Made by a program: the position numbers and the translations under genes. 64,000 bases of DNA from an uncultured Acidobacteriota bacterium (GTDB lineage: Bacteria; Acidobacteriota; UBA6911), in the NCBI GenBank assembly GCA_963773605.1, contig CAVZBT010000010.1, forward strand, positions 281,608 through 345,607, in the 5' to 3' direction. How positions within the stretch are numbered: the first letter of the stretch is position 1; each line of letters opens with the position of its first letter. Shown here piece by piece: positions 46,654 to 56,386 of the stretch. Below the pieces are notes generated by a model. The model was not told where the DNA came from. It ran no database searches and saw nothing but the letters and a program-made list of their open reading frames with translations.

Positions 46654-47364
46654 ATGACATCCGAACCGATCCAGTTTCCGACTACTTCTTGGGCGCTTGT
46701 ACTCGGGGCCATCGGGCGCGACGCGCGACGATCGGCCCTTCAAGTCCTCTGCGAATCCTACTGGCCGCCGGTGTACGCCTACCTGCTCCGCCAGGTCAAT
46801 GACCCGGAGGAAGCTAAGGACCTGACGCAGGGCTTCTTCGCTCGCCTCCTCGAGAAGCGGGATCTGAATGGCGCCGGGGAACCGAACGGCCGTTTCCGCT
46901 GGTACCTGATGGCCTGTGCAAAGCACTTCCTCTCAAACGAGCGGGACCGGAATCGTGCGAAGAAGCGCGGCGGGGGTCTTGTCGCGCTGAGCCTGGAAAA
47001 TCCCGGGGCGCTCTCCTTTCTGGAGAAAAAGGGTGGACAGACTCCCGAGCAGATTTTTGAGAGGCGGTGGGCCCTCCTCATACTCGAGCGCGCCATCCGG
47101 GCGGTCAAGCGGCAGTACGAGTCTGCCGGACAGGGCTCGCTGTTCGGGCGCCTGAAGACGCATCTCGTGGACGGCGGCGCTGAGTGGGGATACCGGGATC
47201 TTGCGAGAGAACTCGGAACGAGCGAGGGCGCGATCAAGATGGCGGTGCACAGGCTCCGGCGCCGCTTCGCCGACGCGCTCCGCGCCGAAATCGGGCTCAC
47301 GGTCACAGACCCGGCGGATGTCCAGGACGAGGTCGAACACCTGTTATCTGTCTTGCGGAGCTGA
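46654..47364 (+). CDS. ECF-type RNA polymerase sigma-70 factor (kinase-linked type)
   Basis: Start MTSEPIQFPTTSWALV. Sigma2-like region (YWPPVYAYLLRQVNDPEEAKDLTQGFF) and sigma4 HTH (YRDLARELGTSEGAIKMAVHRLRRRF). The stop lies 2 nt before the kinase ATG. Confidence 0.85.
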   Translation: MTSEPIQFPTTSWALVLGAIGRDARRSALQVLCESYWPPVYAYLLRQVNDPEEAKDLTQGFFARLLEKRDLNGAGEPNGRFRWYLMACAKHFLSNERDRNRAKKRGGGLVALSLENPGALSFLEKKGGQTPEQIFERRWALLILERAIRAVKRQYESAGQGSLFGRLKTHLVDGGAEWGYRDLARELGTSEGAIKMAVHRLRRRFADALRAEIGLTVTDPADVQDEVEHLLSVLRS

Positions 47365-47366
47365 AT

Positions 47367-50300
47367 ATGAGCGAAGCGGCATGCCCGAAATGCGCCGCCG
47401 AGCTTTCACCCCAAATCGTCGAGGGACTCTGTCCCGTCTGCCTCATGGCCGCAGCCGCCACACTCGGGGGGGCGGCACCGCTCAGCGATCCGGCTGCGCC
47501 GATCTGCAATGTCGCCGAGGCCCGGCCGCCGTCCGGCGGTCTGCGCGTCGGACCCTACGCGGTGGTGCGCACGCTGGGCGAGGGTGGGATGGGTGTCGTC
47601 TACCTCGCCATACAGGAGGCGCCGATTTCGCGATTGGTAGCGCTGAAAATCGTGCGGCCGGGCCTCGCCTCGCAGCAAGCGATCGAACGATTCGAGGCCG
47701 AGCGTCAGGCGCTCGCCATCATGGATCACCCCGGTATCGCCCGCATGCTGGACACGGGTGCGATGCCCGACGGCAGGCCATACTTCGTTATGGAGTACGT
47801 CCCGGGGCTTCCCATCACTGAGTTCTGCGACGCACGAAGGATGAAGGTCGGAGAGAGGCTGGAACTCTTTCGACAGGTGTGCCTGTCGGTGCACCACGCG
47901 CACAGCCGCGGAATCATCCACCGGGACATCAAGCCCTCGAACATCCTGGTGACGCTGCACGACGGACGTCCGGCGGCCAAGGTCATCGACTTTGGTATAG
48001 CGAAGGCGCTGGCACGCCGCCCAATCGATCGAACGTGGGTGACCCAGGAGGGATTACTCATCGGAACTCCCGGCTACATGAGCCCCGAGCAAGCCGATCC
48101 GGGTGAGCACGCAGCCGACACGTCTTCGGACATCTACTCGCTCGGCGTCGTACTCTACGAACTCCTGGTTGGCGCGCTGCCCATCGACACGACTCTCCAG
48201 CCGGGACGCTCGTTCCTCGAGATCATCCGCGCCATCCGCGAAGTCGAGCCGGTGCCGCCTTCCAGAAGGCAGCAGGCCGGCGGTACTCATGCTCAGGAAG
48301 CGGCCGCCCGTCGCGCAATCGACGCCGGCGCGCTCGTCCGCCGCCTGCGAGGCGACCTCGACTGGATCGCGGCTCGCGCCCTCGACAAGCTCCCCGCGAG
48401 GCGCTACGCGTCAGCGGCCGAGCTGGCGGCGGATATCGGTCGCCACCTGGCCGGCGATGCGGTGCTCGCCGGTCCGCCGACGGCTGTGTACCGGATCGGC
48501 AAGTTCATCCGCAGAAATCGCGTTCTCGTCGCGGCTGCCGCTGTCATCCTGATGGCCGTCGTTCTGGGCCTCGCGACGAGTACCTGGATGTGGATTCGAG
48601 AGCAGCGCCAGAGGGACCTCGCGGAGACGCAGGGATATCTGGCAAGTCTCGCCAATGCCGCCATCCTGCTGGGCGAACCGGACTTCACCGGCGCCCGCGA
48701 ACAGCTCTTCAGGTGCGCGCCGCGCCTGCGAGGATGGGAATGGCGTCTGTTGCTTGCGCTCTCAGATACGAGTGCCGTCACGCTTTTCGCCGGCGGCGAC
48801 CCGCCCCCCTTCCAGCAGGCAGGACACCTCGTCTTCAGCCGGGACTCCCGGCACGTCTGCTTCACCATGGATCGGACCGTGCACGAGTGGAGCACGGGAT
48901 CCTGGCAACCCGAGGCGACCCGTAATGCTTTCGGGAGAGTGGTAGGGCTGTCACGCGACGGGACCCTCATCGCGGCGCGCCGCACGAGAGGGGATCCGGA
49001 ACGCCTGCTGGTCGTCGAGGACGCCTCCGGCACGGTGCTGTCCACCCTCGATGGCTACTGGGACCTCGCCGCCGCGGAATTGAGCGACGACGGCACCCTG
49101 GTGGCAACCGTGTCGCCGGATGGGATGCTGCGGGTCTTCGATGCGCGTTCCGGCAGGCTGCGCCTGACGCACCCTTCGGGCGAATCTGCCAGCGCGTGGC
49201 CTCGGCTCGCGATCAGCGGCACGCGCGGGTGGATCGCGTGGAGCGCCTCCAGACTGGTCCGCGTTCTGGATCCGAGCAAGCGGACGCTGGTGGCGGAGAC
49301 ACGAGCCGTCGATCCAGTCTCCGGCCTGACGTTTCATCCCGATGGGGTGCGGCTCGCCATGGCGGACGCCGCCGGCCGGGTCCGAGTCTGGAATCCGTCT
49401 GCGCGCGACGCGCCCGAGCGCACGTGGACAGAGTCGGACTCACCCATGGCTCTCGCGTTCAGCCGTGATGGTTCACGACTCGCGACCGCTGCCCGAAACG
49501 GGACGGTCCGGGTGACCGACGCCGAGAGCGGCACAGCGCTTGCGGCGCTCACGGGGCTCGGCAGCCACGAGGCTGCTGCAGTGACCTTCAGTCCGGACGG
49601 CAGGTTTGTGCTGGCCGGTTCGCGCCACGGTGTCGTCCGCCTGTGGGACCTTCCTCACCACGGCGGAGGGTCCGTTCTCGAACGCAACGTGCAGGGGCTT
49701 GGAGTAAGCGGTGATCGAAAGCGCATCGCACTGTCGACCGGCAACGGCGCGATTGTCATGGAAAGCACCGACGGCGCGCGCCTGCTCCATATTGCCGTTA
49801 CCGGGCCCGTCGTTGCGCTGGATCAACGGGGGGAACGATTGGCTACCGGCGACCAATCAGGTCGTATCGGCATCCTTGATGCCCGAACCGGTGAGCGGAT
49901 CTCTGCGTGGACCGCGCATGGTGACGCTGTCCGGTCGATCGTCTTCGCCCCCGACGGCCACCTGGTGGCGACGTCCGGGGCCGACTGTATTGTCAGGCTC
50001 TGGGAGGCATCCACTGGACGGGAGGTCGCCAGCATGCGGTTGCCGGAGGAGGTCGCAGCGATGTCGTTCAGCCCCGACGGGACGCGCCTGGCCACCGGCG
50101 CCGGGTCCTTCGCCAGGTCGGTTGCCGGAGGGGCAGTGACGCTGTGGCAGGTGCCATCCGGAAAGGCGGTGCTCCGACTGAGTCCGGAATCGAAATGGGG
50201 AGAGATCGTCCGGGCCCTTGCGTACAGCCGGGACGGCACGCGCATCGCGACCGGGGAATTCGCATCGGGCACCGTTCGCATTTACGATGCAACGAGCGGC

Positions 50301-51125
50301 CAGTTCCTTGCCGATCTGAAGGGCCATGCGGTGGAGGTGACCGCCGTTGCCTTCAGCCCCGACGGCCGACTCATTGTCTCCGGGTCCGGGGACAACACCA
50401 TTCGGGTCTGGGACGCAAGGCGCTTCGAACAGCTCCTCGTACTGCAGCGACCGGCTTCGCCCGCCACCTGTCTGGCGTTCAGCAGCGACGGCACTCGGCT
50501 TTATGCGGCATACCGCGATGGAAGCCTGAGGATGTGGAGCTCCGCAACCATCCATCGTCCGGAAACCCTCGAGTTCGTCTTCGGCCTTATGCACGAGTAC
50601 GGTTTGTGGGCCGACGTGCGACACGCCCTCCACCTGGGACGAGGCCTGCCCGTAGCACTTAGAGACGAAGCGGAATTAGCGGTTGCGAACTGGCCCGACT
50701 GGTCGGCCGACGGCATGACCGGTATCTACGTGCCGCTTTGGGAGGCGGCACAGACGGACGTGCCGCTGGATACGCTCCTGCGTCGCTGCGAGGACATCCA
50801 CCACGTGGCGCCCTGGAGCATCATGGCCGCCTCGTTCGCCGGCGCCGCACGTTACCGCAACGGCCTGTTCGAACAGGCCATCGAGCTGCTGGAGCCTGCC
50901 AGCCTCTCGCTTCCCGACGACCCATTTGTCGACCTGTTCCTGGCCATGGCTCGCGCTCGCACCGGCAGAGACGACGAGGCCCGCAGGAACCTCGAGCGGG
51001 CCCGACGTCTCCTCGACGGCGCTTCGGTGTTTGACCGGCGCCAGATGATCCCCCTTCTGCACGAGGCCGAAGCAGTCGTTTCGGCCAGCGCGTCGCGCCG
51101 CGGGGGCGCGACGCCTGGGCAGTGA
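47367..51125 (+). CDS. Ser/Thr protein kinase with N-terminal zinc-ribbon, one TM helix, WD40 beta-propeller repeats and C-terminal TPR-like tail
   Basis: CPKCAAEL...CPVC; GEGGMGVVY; HRDIKPSNIL; DFGIAK. TM segment VLVAAAAVILMAVVLGLATS. More than 10 WD-like repeats ending in (V/L)W(D/E/N). 1252 aa. Confidence 0.9.
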   Translation: MSEAACPKCAAELSPQIVEGLCPVCLMAAAATLGGAAPLSDPAAPICNVAEARPPSGGLRVGPYAVVRTLGEGGMGVVYLAIQEAPISRLVALKIVRPGLASQQAIERFEAERQALAIMDHPGIARMLDTGAMPDGRPYFVMEYVPGLPITEFCDARRMKVGERLELFRQVCLSVHHAHSRGIIHRDIKPSNILVTLHDGRPAAKVIDFGIAKALARRPIDRTWVTQEGLLIGTPGYMSPEQADPGEHAADTSSDIYSLGVVLYELLVGALPIDTTLQPGRSFLEIIRAIREVEPVPPSRRQQAGGTHAQEAAARRAIDAGALVRRLRGDLDWIAARALDKLPARRYASAAELAADIGRHLAGDAVLAGPPTAVYRIGKFIRRNRVLVAAAAVILMAVVLGLATSTWMWIREQRQRDLAETQGYLASLANAAILLGEPDFTGAREQLFRCAPRLRGWEWRLLLALSDTSAVTLFAGGDPPPFQQAGHLVFSRDSRHVCFTMDRTVHEWSTGSWQPEATRNAFGRVVGLSRDGTLIAARRTRGDPERLLVVEDASGTVLSTLDGYWDLAAAELSDDGTLVATVSPDGMLRVFDARSGRLRLTHPSGESASAWPRLAISGTRGWIAWSASRLVRVLDPSKRTLVAETRAVDPVSGLTFHPDGVRLAMADAAGRVRVWNPSARDAPERTWTESDSPMALAFSRDGSRLATAARNGTVRVTDAESGTALAALTGLGSHEAAAVTFSPDGRFVLAGSRHGVVRLWDLPHHGGGSVLERNVQGLGVSGDRKRIALSTGNGAIVMESTDGARLLHIAVTGPVVALDQRGERLATGDQSGRIGILDARTGERISAWTAHGDAVRSIVFAPDGHLVATSGADCIVRLWEASTGREVASMRLPEEVAAMSFSPDGTRLATGAGSFARSVAGGAVTLWQVPSGKAVLRLSPESKWGEIVRALAYSRDGTRIATGEFASGTVRIYDATSGQFLADLKGHAVEVTAVAFSPDGRLIVSGSGDNTIRVWDARRFEQLLVLQRPASPATCLAFSSDGTRLYAAYRDGSLRMWSSATIHRPETLEFVFGLMHEYGLWADVRHALHLGRGLPVALRDEAELAVANWPDWSADGMTGIYVPLWEAAQTDVPLDTLLRRCEDIHHVAPWSIMAASFAGAARYRNGLFEQAIELLEPASLSLPDDPFVDLFLAMARARTGRDDEARRNLERARRLLDGASVFDRRQMIPLLHEAEAVVSASASRRGGATPGQ

Positions 51126-51472
51126 CCTTTCCTTCAACTTGCTTCTAATTGAAATGTGAGGTGAGGAACCGGTCGCGACCGGACGCACCTACACTCCTGC
51201 GCGCTGCGGTCGGAAACAAGGCGGAGTGCGAGCATTCCAAGTACGGAAATGATATTTGGAGGGGTGGTCGGGCGGAGGGAACGGGATTCCTTTCCGGCGT
51301 CGGCGCTCCCGAACTGTATTGGAGGCGGCTGTGATTGAGTTGATGGATCCCAAGACACACTGGCTGAACATCACAAACATCGCTTTGGGAGTAGGCACAC
51401 TCATCTGCCTGCTATATGTAGGAGTCTCCATCTGCTGCGATCTGCTCAGGCGCTCGCGAGGTCGCTCTTAAA

Positions 51473-51920
51473 GCGTCCCTGCTATAAACTCCGTAGTGGT
51501 TGAAATCGTTGTCTTTGCGGCTTGGCGCTGTTACCGTCGTGAACCATGTATGGCGTTCCGATGTCGCCGTTCGCTGGGCTGACCTCGACGCCAGTACACG
51601 GGCCTCGCTACCGGTTGAGATCCTGGCTGTGCGGCACCAGGTGGCCGTTCTCCAGCGGACCAAGCGAAGACGAGTCCGCTTCGGACACCGGACCGGCTCC
51701 TGTGGGTAACCCTCACACAAAGTCTCACACGGGTTCTGCCAGTCTGCTATTCGGCCGACGTTGTCTCCCGCGGTTGAAGGGAATGACCACGGAAATGCCC
51801 AGCTCGGCTGGTTATGCTGCCGTCCTCAGGTGGCACCAAGCGTCTTCCACTCATCGGGACCTTCTCTGTCGGGGAGGATCTGGATCGGGCGCTATGATAG
51901 ACTGGCGCCTGCGGTGAACA
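51473..51920 (+). mobile_element. 5' remnant of an rve-integrase-type IS element (copy 2 of 3), frameshifted
   Basis: CGTCCCTGCTATAAACTCCGTAGTGGTTGAAATCGTTG left end. Encodes ...AGLTS / TRASLPVEILAVRHQVAVLQRTKRRRVRFGHRDRLLWV... and a degraded ...VLRWHQ... block. Ends at the start of the next gene. Confidence 0.55.
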
Positions 51921-51923
51921 GCG

Positions 51924-52352
51924 ATGGAAGCGGCACTCGCCGTACTGAACGAAATGGAAAAGGGCGGCGTATTCGTTCTGCTTACCCCGCCGCCCGGCAA
52001 TCTTGTCAGCCTGACTCCCATCTACGAGTTCCTCGAGGTCAAAGGCGCAACGGTGCATCGCGAGCACTTCCTGTTTGCAGGCACCCTTCTGCAGATCATC
52101 CCTGCCTTTGATCCTCTAACCGAGGAAGCCGTTCGAGATGCCAGCCGCAGAGTCGTCGGGAGCACGCCGACCCATGTAATGACCGCGGAGCACCTGATCG
52201 CAATCGCACTGAAAACGGGGCGTGCCAAGGACCACGGCAGGATTGTCCTTCTACTCGAGGAGGCTGACATAGACCACGCGAGGCTCCAGGAAATCCTCAG
52301 CCGCCACGGGTTACTCGATGCCTGGACTCGCTTTCTGGGGAGCACTCTATGA
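51924..52352 (+). CDS. hypothetical protein (C-terminal region reminiscent of nucleotidyltransferase-fold TA-system proteins)
   Basis: 142-aa ORF. ...VMTAEHLIAIALKTGRAKDHGRIVLLLEEADIDHARLQEIL resembles the helical C-terminal part of NTase-like proteins. No catalytic GS/DxD motif seen. Confidence 0.5.
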   Translation: MEAALAVLNEMEKGGVFVLLTPPPGNLVSLTPIYEFLEVKGATVHREHFLFAGTLLQIIPAFDPLTEEAVRDASRRVVGSTPTHVMTAEHLIAIALKTGRAKDHGRIVLLLEEADIDHARLQEILSRHGLLDAWTRFLGSTL

Positions 52353-52531
52353 GTCAATCCGCGCAGGAGATCGCCGAGGAGATCTTCCGAAGGAAACGCG
52401 CGAGCCGGCAGAGTGCGGCACGGCTTCCGATTGAGGAAAAGCTGCGCATCCTGGTGCGTCTCCAGGAACGGGCGAACGCGGTCCGCCGAGCGACGGGGAG
52501 GCCGGAGCTGTTCGTCTGGCGCTTGGAGTGA
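52349..52531 (+). CDS. small hypothetical protein (60 aa), translationally coupled to the upstream gene
   Basis: ATGA start/stop overlap with 51924-52352. Charged helical sequence ...LPIEEKLRILVRLQERANAVR. Confidence 0.45.
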   Translation: MSQSAQEIAEEIFRRKRASRQSAARLPIEEKLRILVRLQERANAVRRATGRPELFVWRLE

Positions 52532-52679
52532 CATCCGCCTGGAGCTTGCCAAAATGCGAGCTGTCCCTGCTAATTGCCCGGCGCGCCACGCGCCTTCATC
52601 CGCTGCGTGCGCTGCAGGCGGAATGACTTGGCGGCTTGGGGTGTGCGCGCGTCCGTTTTCGAAGCCTACACCGTGGCCG

Positions 52680-53647
52680 TCAGCAGTCGAAGTGATCGGC
52701 AAAGAAGCGGTCGATGGCGGCGCGCATCTGGGGCGTCACGCTTTCCGGTAACCGCTTCATCTCCTCAGGCGACAGCGGCTTGAAATTCTTGGCCACCGAA
52801 ATGTTGAAGTCCAGGTGCGCCAGCTCCGGCATGCCGATGGTGGCGGCGGCCACCGGCAGGGTCATGGCGTAGCGCACCAGGATCTCCGGGGCCGCCTTGC
52901 CCAGCAGTTTTTCCTGGGCGAAGACCTTCATCGCCGTCAGTCCCATCTTCTTCTTCAGCGCCACCGGCATGGCCACCATTTCGAAGCCCGAGGCGCCGGT
53001 CATGCCCTGGCCCGCCTTGTTGGAGGGCGCGGCGTTGCCGATCTGCGCGATGTTCAGGGCCATCTGGGTCGAATCGAAGTCGTGCCGCTCCAGCGCGGTC
53101 TTCAGCACCAGCGGGATTGGTGTGCGAGGTCACGCCGATGAAGCGGGTGAGCTTCTGCTCCTTGGCGCGCAGCATGGCCTTGAGCTGGCCGTTGGGCGCT
53201 TCGATCTTGGCCAGATCGTCCTCGTTCCCGAGCGAGTGAATGTGCATCAGGTCCACCTGGCTCAAACCGAAGTTCTTCAGCGATCGCTCGATGATCCTCA
53301 TGGCATCGTCGTAGCTGCGGTCGCCGCCGATCTTGGTCACCAGGAAAAAGTCCTTCTTGTGGGTCTTCAGGAATTCTCCGATCCACTGCTCGCTCTGCCC
53401 GTCGCCGTAGGATGCCGCGCTGTCGACGTAGTTCACGCCGGCCTTCAGCGCGCGCTCCAGCGCCTCGTGGCGCCTTGTCGCGCTCCTTGTAGGCCAGCCA
53501 GCGGCTGCCGGCGCCAAAAGCCAGCAACGACACCTTCTGCCCGGTGCTGCCCAGCGTCCGCATCGGCATGCCGGTCTGGGCGTCGATTTCGGTGGCGGCT
53601 GCGGCGGCAGCCAGGGAGACGAGAAAACTGCGACGGGTCATGGACAT
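52680..53647 (-). pseudogene. Tat-exported aldo/keto reductase, interrupted by two frameshifts (about 53470 and about 53105)
   Basis: Three consecutive frames carry one AKR. First MSMTRRSFLVSLAAAAAA...GTGQKVSLLAFGAGSRW. Then HEALERALKAGVNYVDSAASYGDGQSEQWIG...IGVTSHTNP. Then LVLKTALERHDFDSTQMALN...RAAIDRFFADHFDC. Confidence 0.7.
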
Positions 53648-53884
53648 GCCTGTATCCTCCATTCAGTGGGTACATTCTACCATCGGGGGGAACCCGGCGG
53701 AACAGGCCAAGGATCATGTTCCTCCAGATGTACGGCTAAGATCCGGAGGAATGCGGGATCGTTACCTGCCTGTCAAGAGTCGCACTAAACGTTTGAGCGC
53801 TCGGGGGAACGCACGTCATTAGAGCTGTTTGCGGCACGGCTGTTTTTTCACCTTACGAGGTCGCCCGTGCCACGGAAATCCAGC

Positions 53885-55378
53885 CTAGTTCTGGACTCCT
53901 TCTGGAGTTGGGCCGGGTCTGCGCGGCCGGGGCGGGGCCGCCCGTATTACTTGCGTATTTCCACCTTCCTCCAACGCTATGTCCACCGGCTTGTTCTTCT
54001 TCCACGCCCCACCCGTGAAATCGGGCACATCGATGGAGTTCGAGCGGTTGGCGACCGACCACTCACTAAGCGGGGCTATTGACGTCCAAAGCGCCGCGTC
54101 GTAGACATCCTGGTCGAGGGGCAACCCATTGCGCAGGCAGTCAATCAAACGCCAGTCTTCCAGGAAGTCCATGCCGCCATGGCCACCCACCTGCTTGGCC
54201 ATTTCACCGACCTTCTTCACAATGGGAGGCGCGTATTTTTCTTGCAGAGCTTTCATGTCCTCATCGGAAACCCACTCCTGGTGCCCGATGGCGATCTTCG
54301 GGGGCAACGGATACTTTAATGCGGAAGCTTTGGTCCCGCTGACCTTGTGGATCCGGGAATAGACATTCGGGGATGTGACGTCGTGCTGTAACATGATCGT
54401 CCGCCCCCTGTTGGTTCGAATCGTCGTGGTAGTCGTATTTCCACGATACGGGTCGTCAACGAACTCCTTGTAGAACCCGTCGGTCGCCGACAGCTGTTTT
54501 GCCCTTTCGTTCATCTGGAAATCGTTGCTCATCACCGACACCAGGTACTCCATTTTGTCGCCCCGGTTGATGTCCATGATCTGGCATATCGGACCCAGGC
54601 CGTGCGTCGGGTAAAGGTTGCCGCGCCTCCTGGCATTCTCGCGTAGACGCCACATATTCCAGTAACTGTTCTTGTTGAAGTTACTCTCAAGAAGTGTGTG
54701 TAGATACGCCCCTTCACCGTGAATGATCTCGCCGAAGAACCCCTGCCTCGCCATATTCAGGGTAAGGAGTTCGAAGAAGTCGTAGCAGCAGTTCTCCATC
54801 ATCATGCAATGCTTCCTGGTCTTCTCGGAGGTCTCGACCAGCTGCCAGCATTCTTCGAGAGTGTCGGCGGCCGGCACCTCAATCGCGACATGCTTTCCGT
54901 GTTCCATCGCGTAAACCGCCATTGAAGCATGCAAGTTCCAGGGGGTGCATATGTACACCAGGTCTATGTCGTTTCGATCACAGAGCCTCTTCCAGGCTTC
55001 GGCGTCACCGGAGTAAAGAGTTGGACTGAAGCCCGCAAATGCGATTCTTTTCCCGACTTTCTCCGCTTCCTCCGGGACAAGGTCACACAGTGCCTTGATA
55101 TCCACTCCCTCCAGAAGGCTCATATTCACCACATGCCCCGGCCCCCTGCTCCCCAGCCCGATAAAGCCCACGCGAACAGTCTCGATCTTGGGAGCGCGAT
55201 AACCGCACATGTTGAATCTCTGCGTGTGCTGCTCGGCGGCCGCTTCCCTTATGTTGGTCAGGGCTGATTGCATCCTCGAAGTATTCCCCGCCGAAATGCG
55301 GGAACCCACCAATCCGACTCCGGCGATGCCGGCACCGGAAACCCAGAAGAAACTCCGTCGATCCAACTTCTTACTCAT
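53885..55378 (-). CDS. Tat-exported Gfo/Idh/MocA-family oxidoreductase (intact paralog)
   Basis: MSKKLDRRSFFWVSGAGIAG Tat signal. VRVGFIGLGSRG Rossmann motif. Collinear with the split gene at 40925-42398. The ORF-track start at 55393 is a TTG; the ATG at 55378 is preferred. Confidence 0.9.
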   Translation of the reverse strand: MSKKLDRRSFFWVSGAGIAGVGLVGSRISAGNTSRMQSALTNIREAAAEQHTQRFNMCGYRAPKIETVRVGFIGLGSRGPGHVVNMSLLEGVDIKALCDLVPEEAEKVGKRIAFAGFSPTLYSGDAEAWKRLCDRNDIDLVYICTPWNLHASMAVYAMEHGKHVAIEVPAADTLEECWQLVETSEKTRKHCMMMENCCYDFFELLTLNMARQGFFGEIIHGEGAYLHTLLESNFNKNSYWNMWRLRENARRRGNLYPTHGLGPICQIMDINRGDKMEYLVSVMSNDFQMNERAKQLSATDGFYKEFVDDPYRGNTTTTTIRTNRGRTIMLQHDVTSPNVYSRIHKVSGTKASALKYPLPPKIAIGHQEWVSDEDMKALQEKYAPPIVKKVGEMAKQVGGHGGMDFLEDWRLIDCLRNGLPLDQDVYDAALWTSIAPLSEWSVANRSNSIDVPDFTGGAWKKNKPVDIALEEGGNTQVIRAAPPRPRRPGPTPEGVQN

Positions 55379-55689
55379 CTGATTCCCCTTCAAAGGACCT
55401 GGTTTACGTTAGGAACTGTCAGCACTGACGGAAGCCGCATGATTTTTGCAATGAACAATTCAGGGTCTCGCCGATCCCCGAGCGGGCACTCATTTCCGTC
55501 GGCGGAAAATCTGTTGTCAATCGGTCCGCGCCAGAGCGCACGCTCTCCACGAAACTATAATAAGCCCATCCGGGCTTTCCTCATCTGGGTAACTTCTCCG
55601 TCCGCTGCACTCGTCTTAATTCTCTTGGGTAAACTGCCGGCGGTTGGGCGACTCACTATGTTCGACAGTTTCGGGAGTGGGGAAGATAT

Positions 55690-55965
55690 GAAAGGAGACG
55701 CGGATGAACGCTGATGAACGCGGATTGGATAGGGTGGAACTCCGTGTGCGAAGGTCGATGGGGCGCAGCGCGCTGCCCGGGGATCGACGTTGCCGGCGAC
55801 GTCGTGCTTCAGCAGGCTTTCGCGATTCTGGTGGACGTCGTCGGGTCGAAGCTCGCCGCCAATTCGTCGATGTCGAGGAACCAGCGGAACAGCAGGTGTA
55901 GTCGTCGCCTTCAAGAGCCGCTCGGGCGGAATCGAGGGCGGCCCGTGTGGCTGATCTCGGTGCAA
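55690..55965 (-). mobile_element. degenerate N-terminal remnant of an IS5/IS1182-type (InsH-like) transposase gene
   Basis: Minus-strand frames give GPPSIPPERLLKA, LLFRWFLDIDELAASFDPTT and HQNRESLLKHDVAGN. These are the conserved N-terminal blocks of this transposase family, but they are split by a deletion and frameshifts. Confidence 0.55.
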
Positions 55966-55987
55966 GGGGGCGGGTCGACCTTGCGGA

Positions 55988-56386
55988 CTAGCCGCGGGCT
56001 GAAGACTTGTTCAAGGCCACGGCGGCCCGAATGAGAGCCTTCAGAGCCTCCTCGTCCAGCTGGTCGCCTTCGTGGAAGTCGATGGCTCGCCTGGCGTTGC
56101 CTTCGAGACTGGAATTGAAGAGGCCTGAAGGGTCCTTCAGGGAGGCTCCCTTGGCGAAGGTCATCTTCACGACATTCTTGTACGTCTCGCCGGTGCAGAT
56201 CAGCCCGTTGTGCGACCAGACTGGAGTCCCTCTCCACTTCCACTCCTCGGCCACTTCGGGGTCTGCCTCCTTGATCAGGGCGCGGAGCCGGGAGAGCATC
56301 TCGCCCCTCCAGTCGCCCAGATCCTCGATTCTCGCGTCTATTAGCTCAGATGGAGACTCGGCTTTCTTCGATCGGCTCTTCTTCAT
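55988..56386 (-). CDS. DUF1801 (YdhG-like) domain-containing protein
   Basis: 132 aa. ...IDARIEDLGDWRGEMLSRLRALIKEADPEVAEEWKWRGTPVWSHNG...VKMTFAKGA is characteristic of DUF1801. Confidence 0.85.
   Translation of the reverse strand: MKKSRSKKAESPSELIDARIEDLGDWRGEMLSRLRALIKEADPEVAEEWKWRGTPVWSHNGLICTGETYKNVVKMTFAKGASLKDPSGLFNSSLEGNARRAIDFHEGDQLDEEALKALIRAAVALNKSSARG

Noticed and set aside
51331-51471. Possible 42-46-aa membrane peptide (…MDPKTHWLNITNIALGVGTLICLLYVGVSICCDLL…) after the kinase gene
   Set aside because: It has one hydrophobic helix and a GGAGG before a GTG. It is short, unconserved as far as I can tell, and lies immediately before an IS remnant, so the evidence is insufficient.
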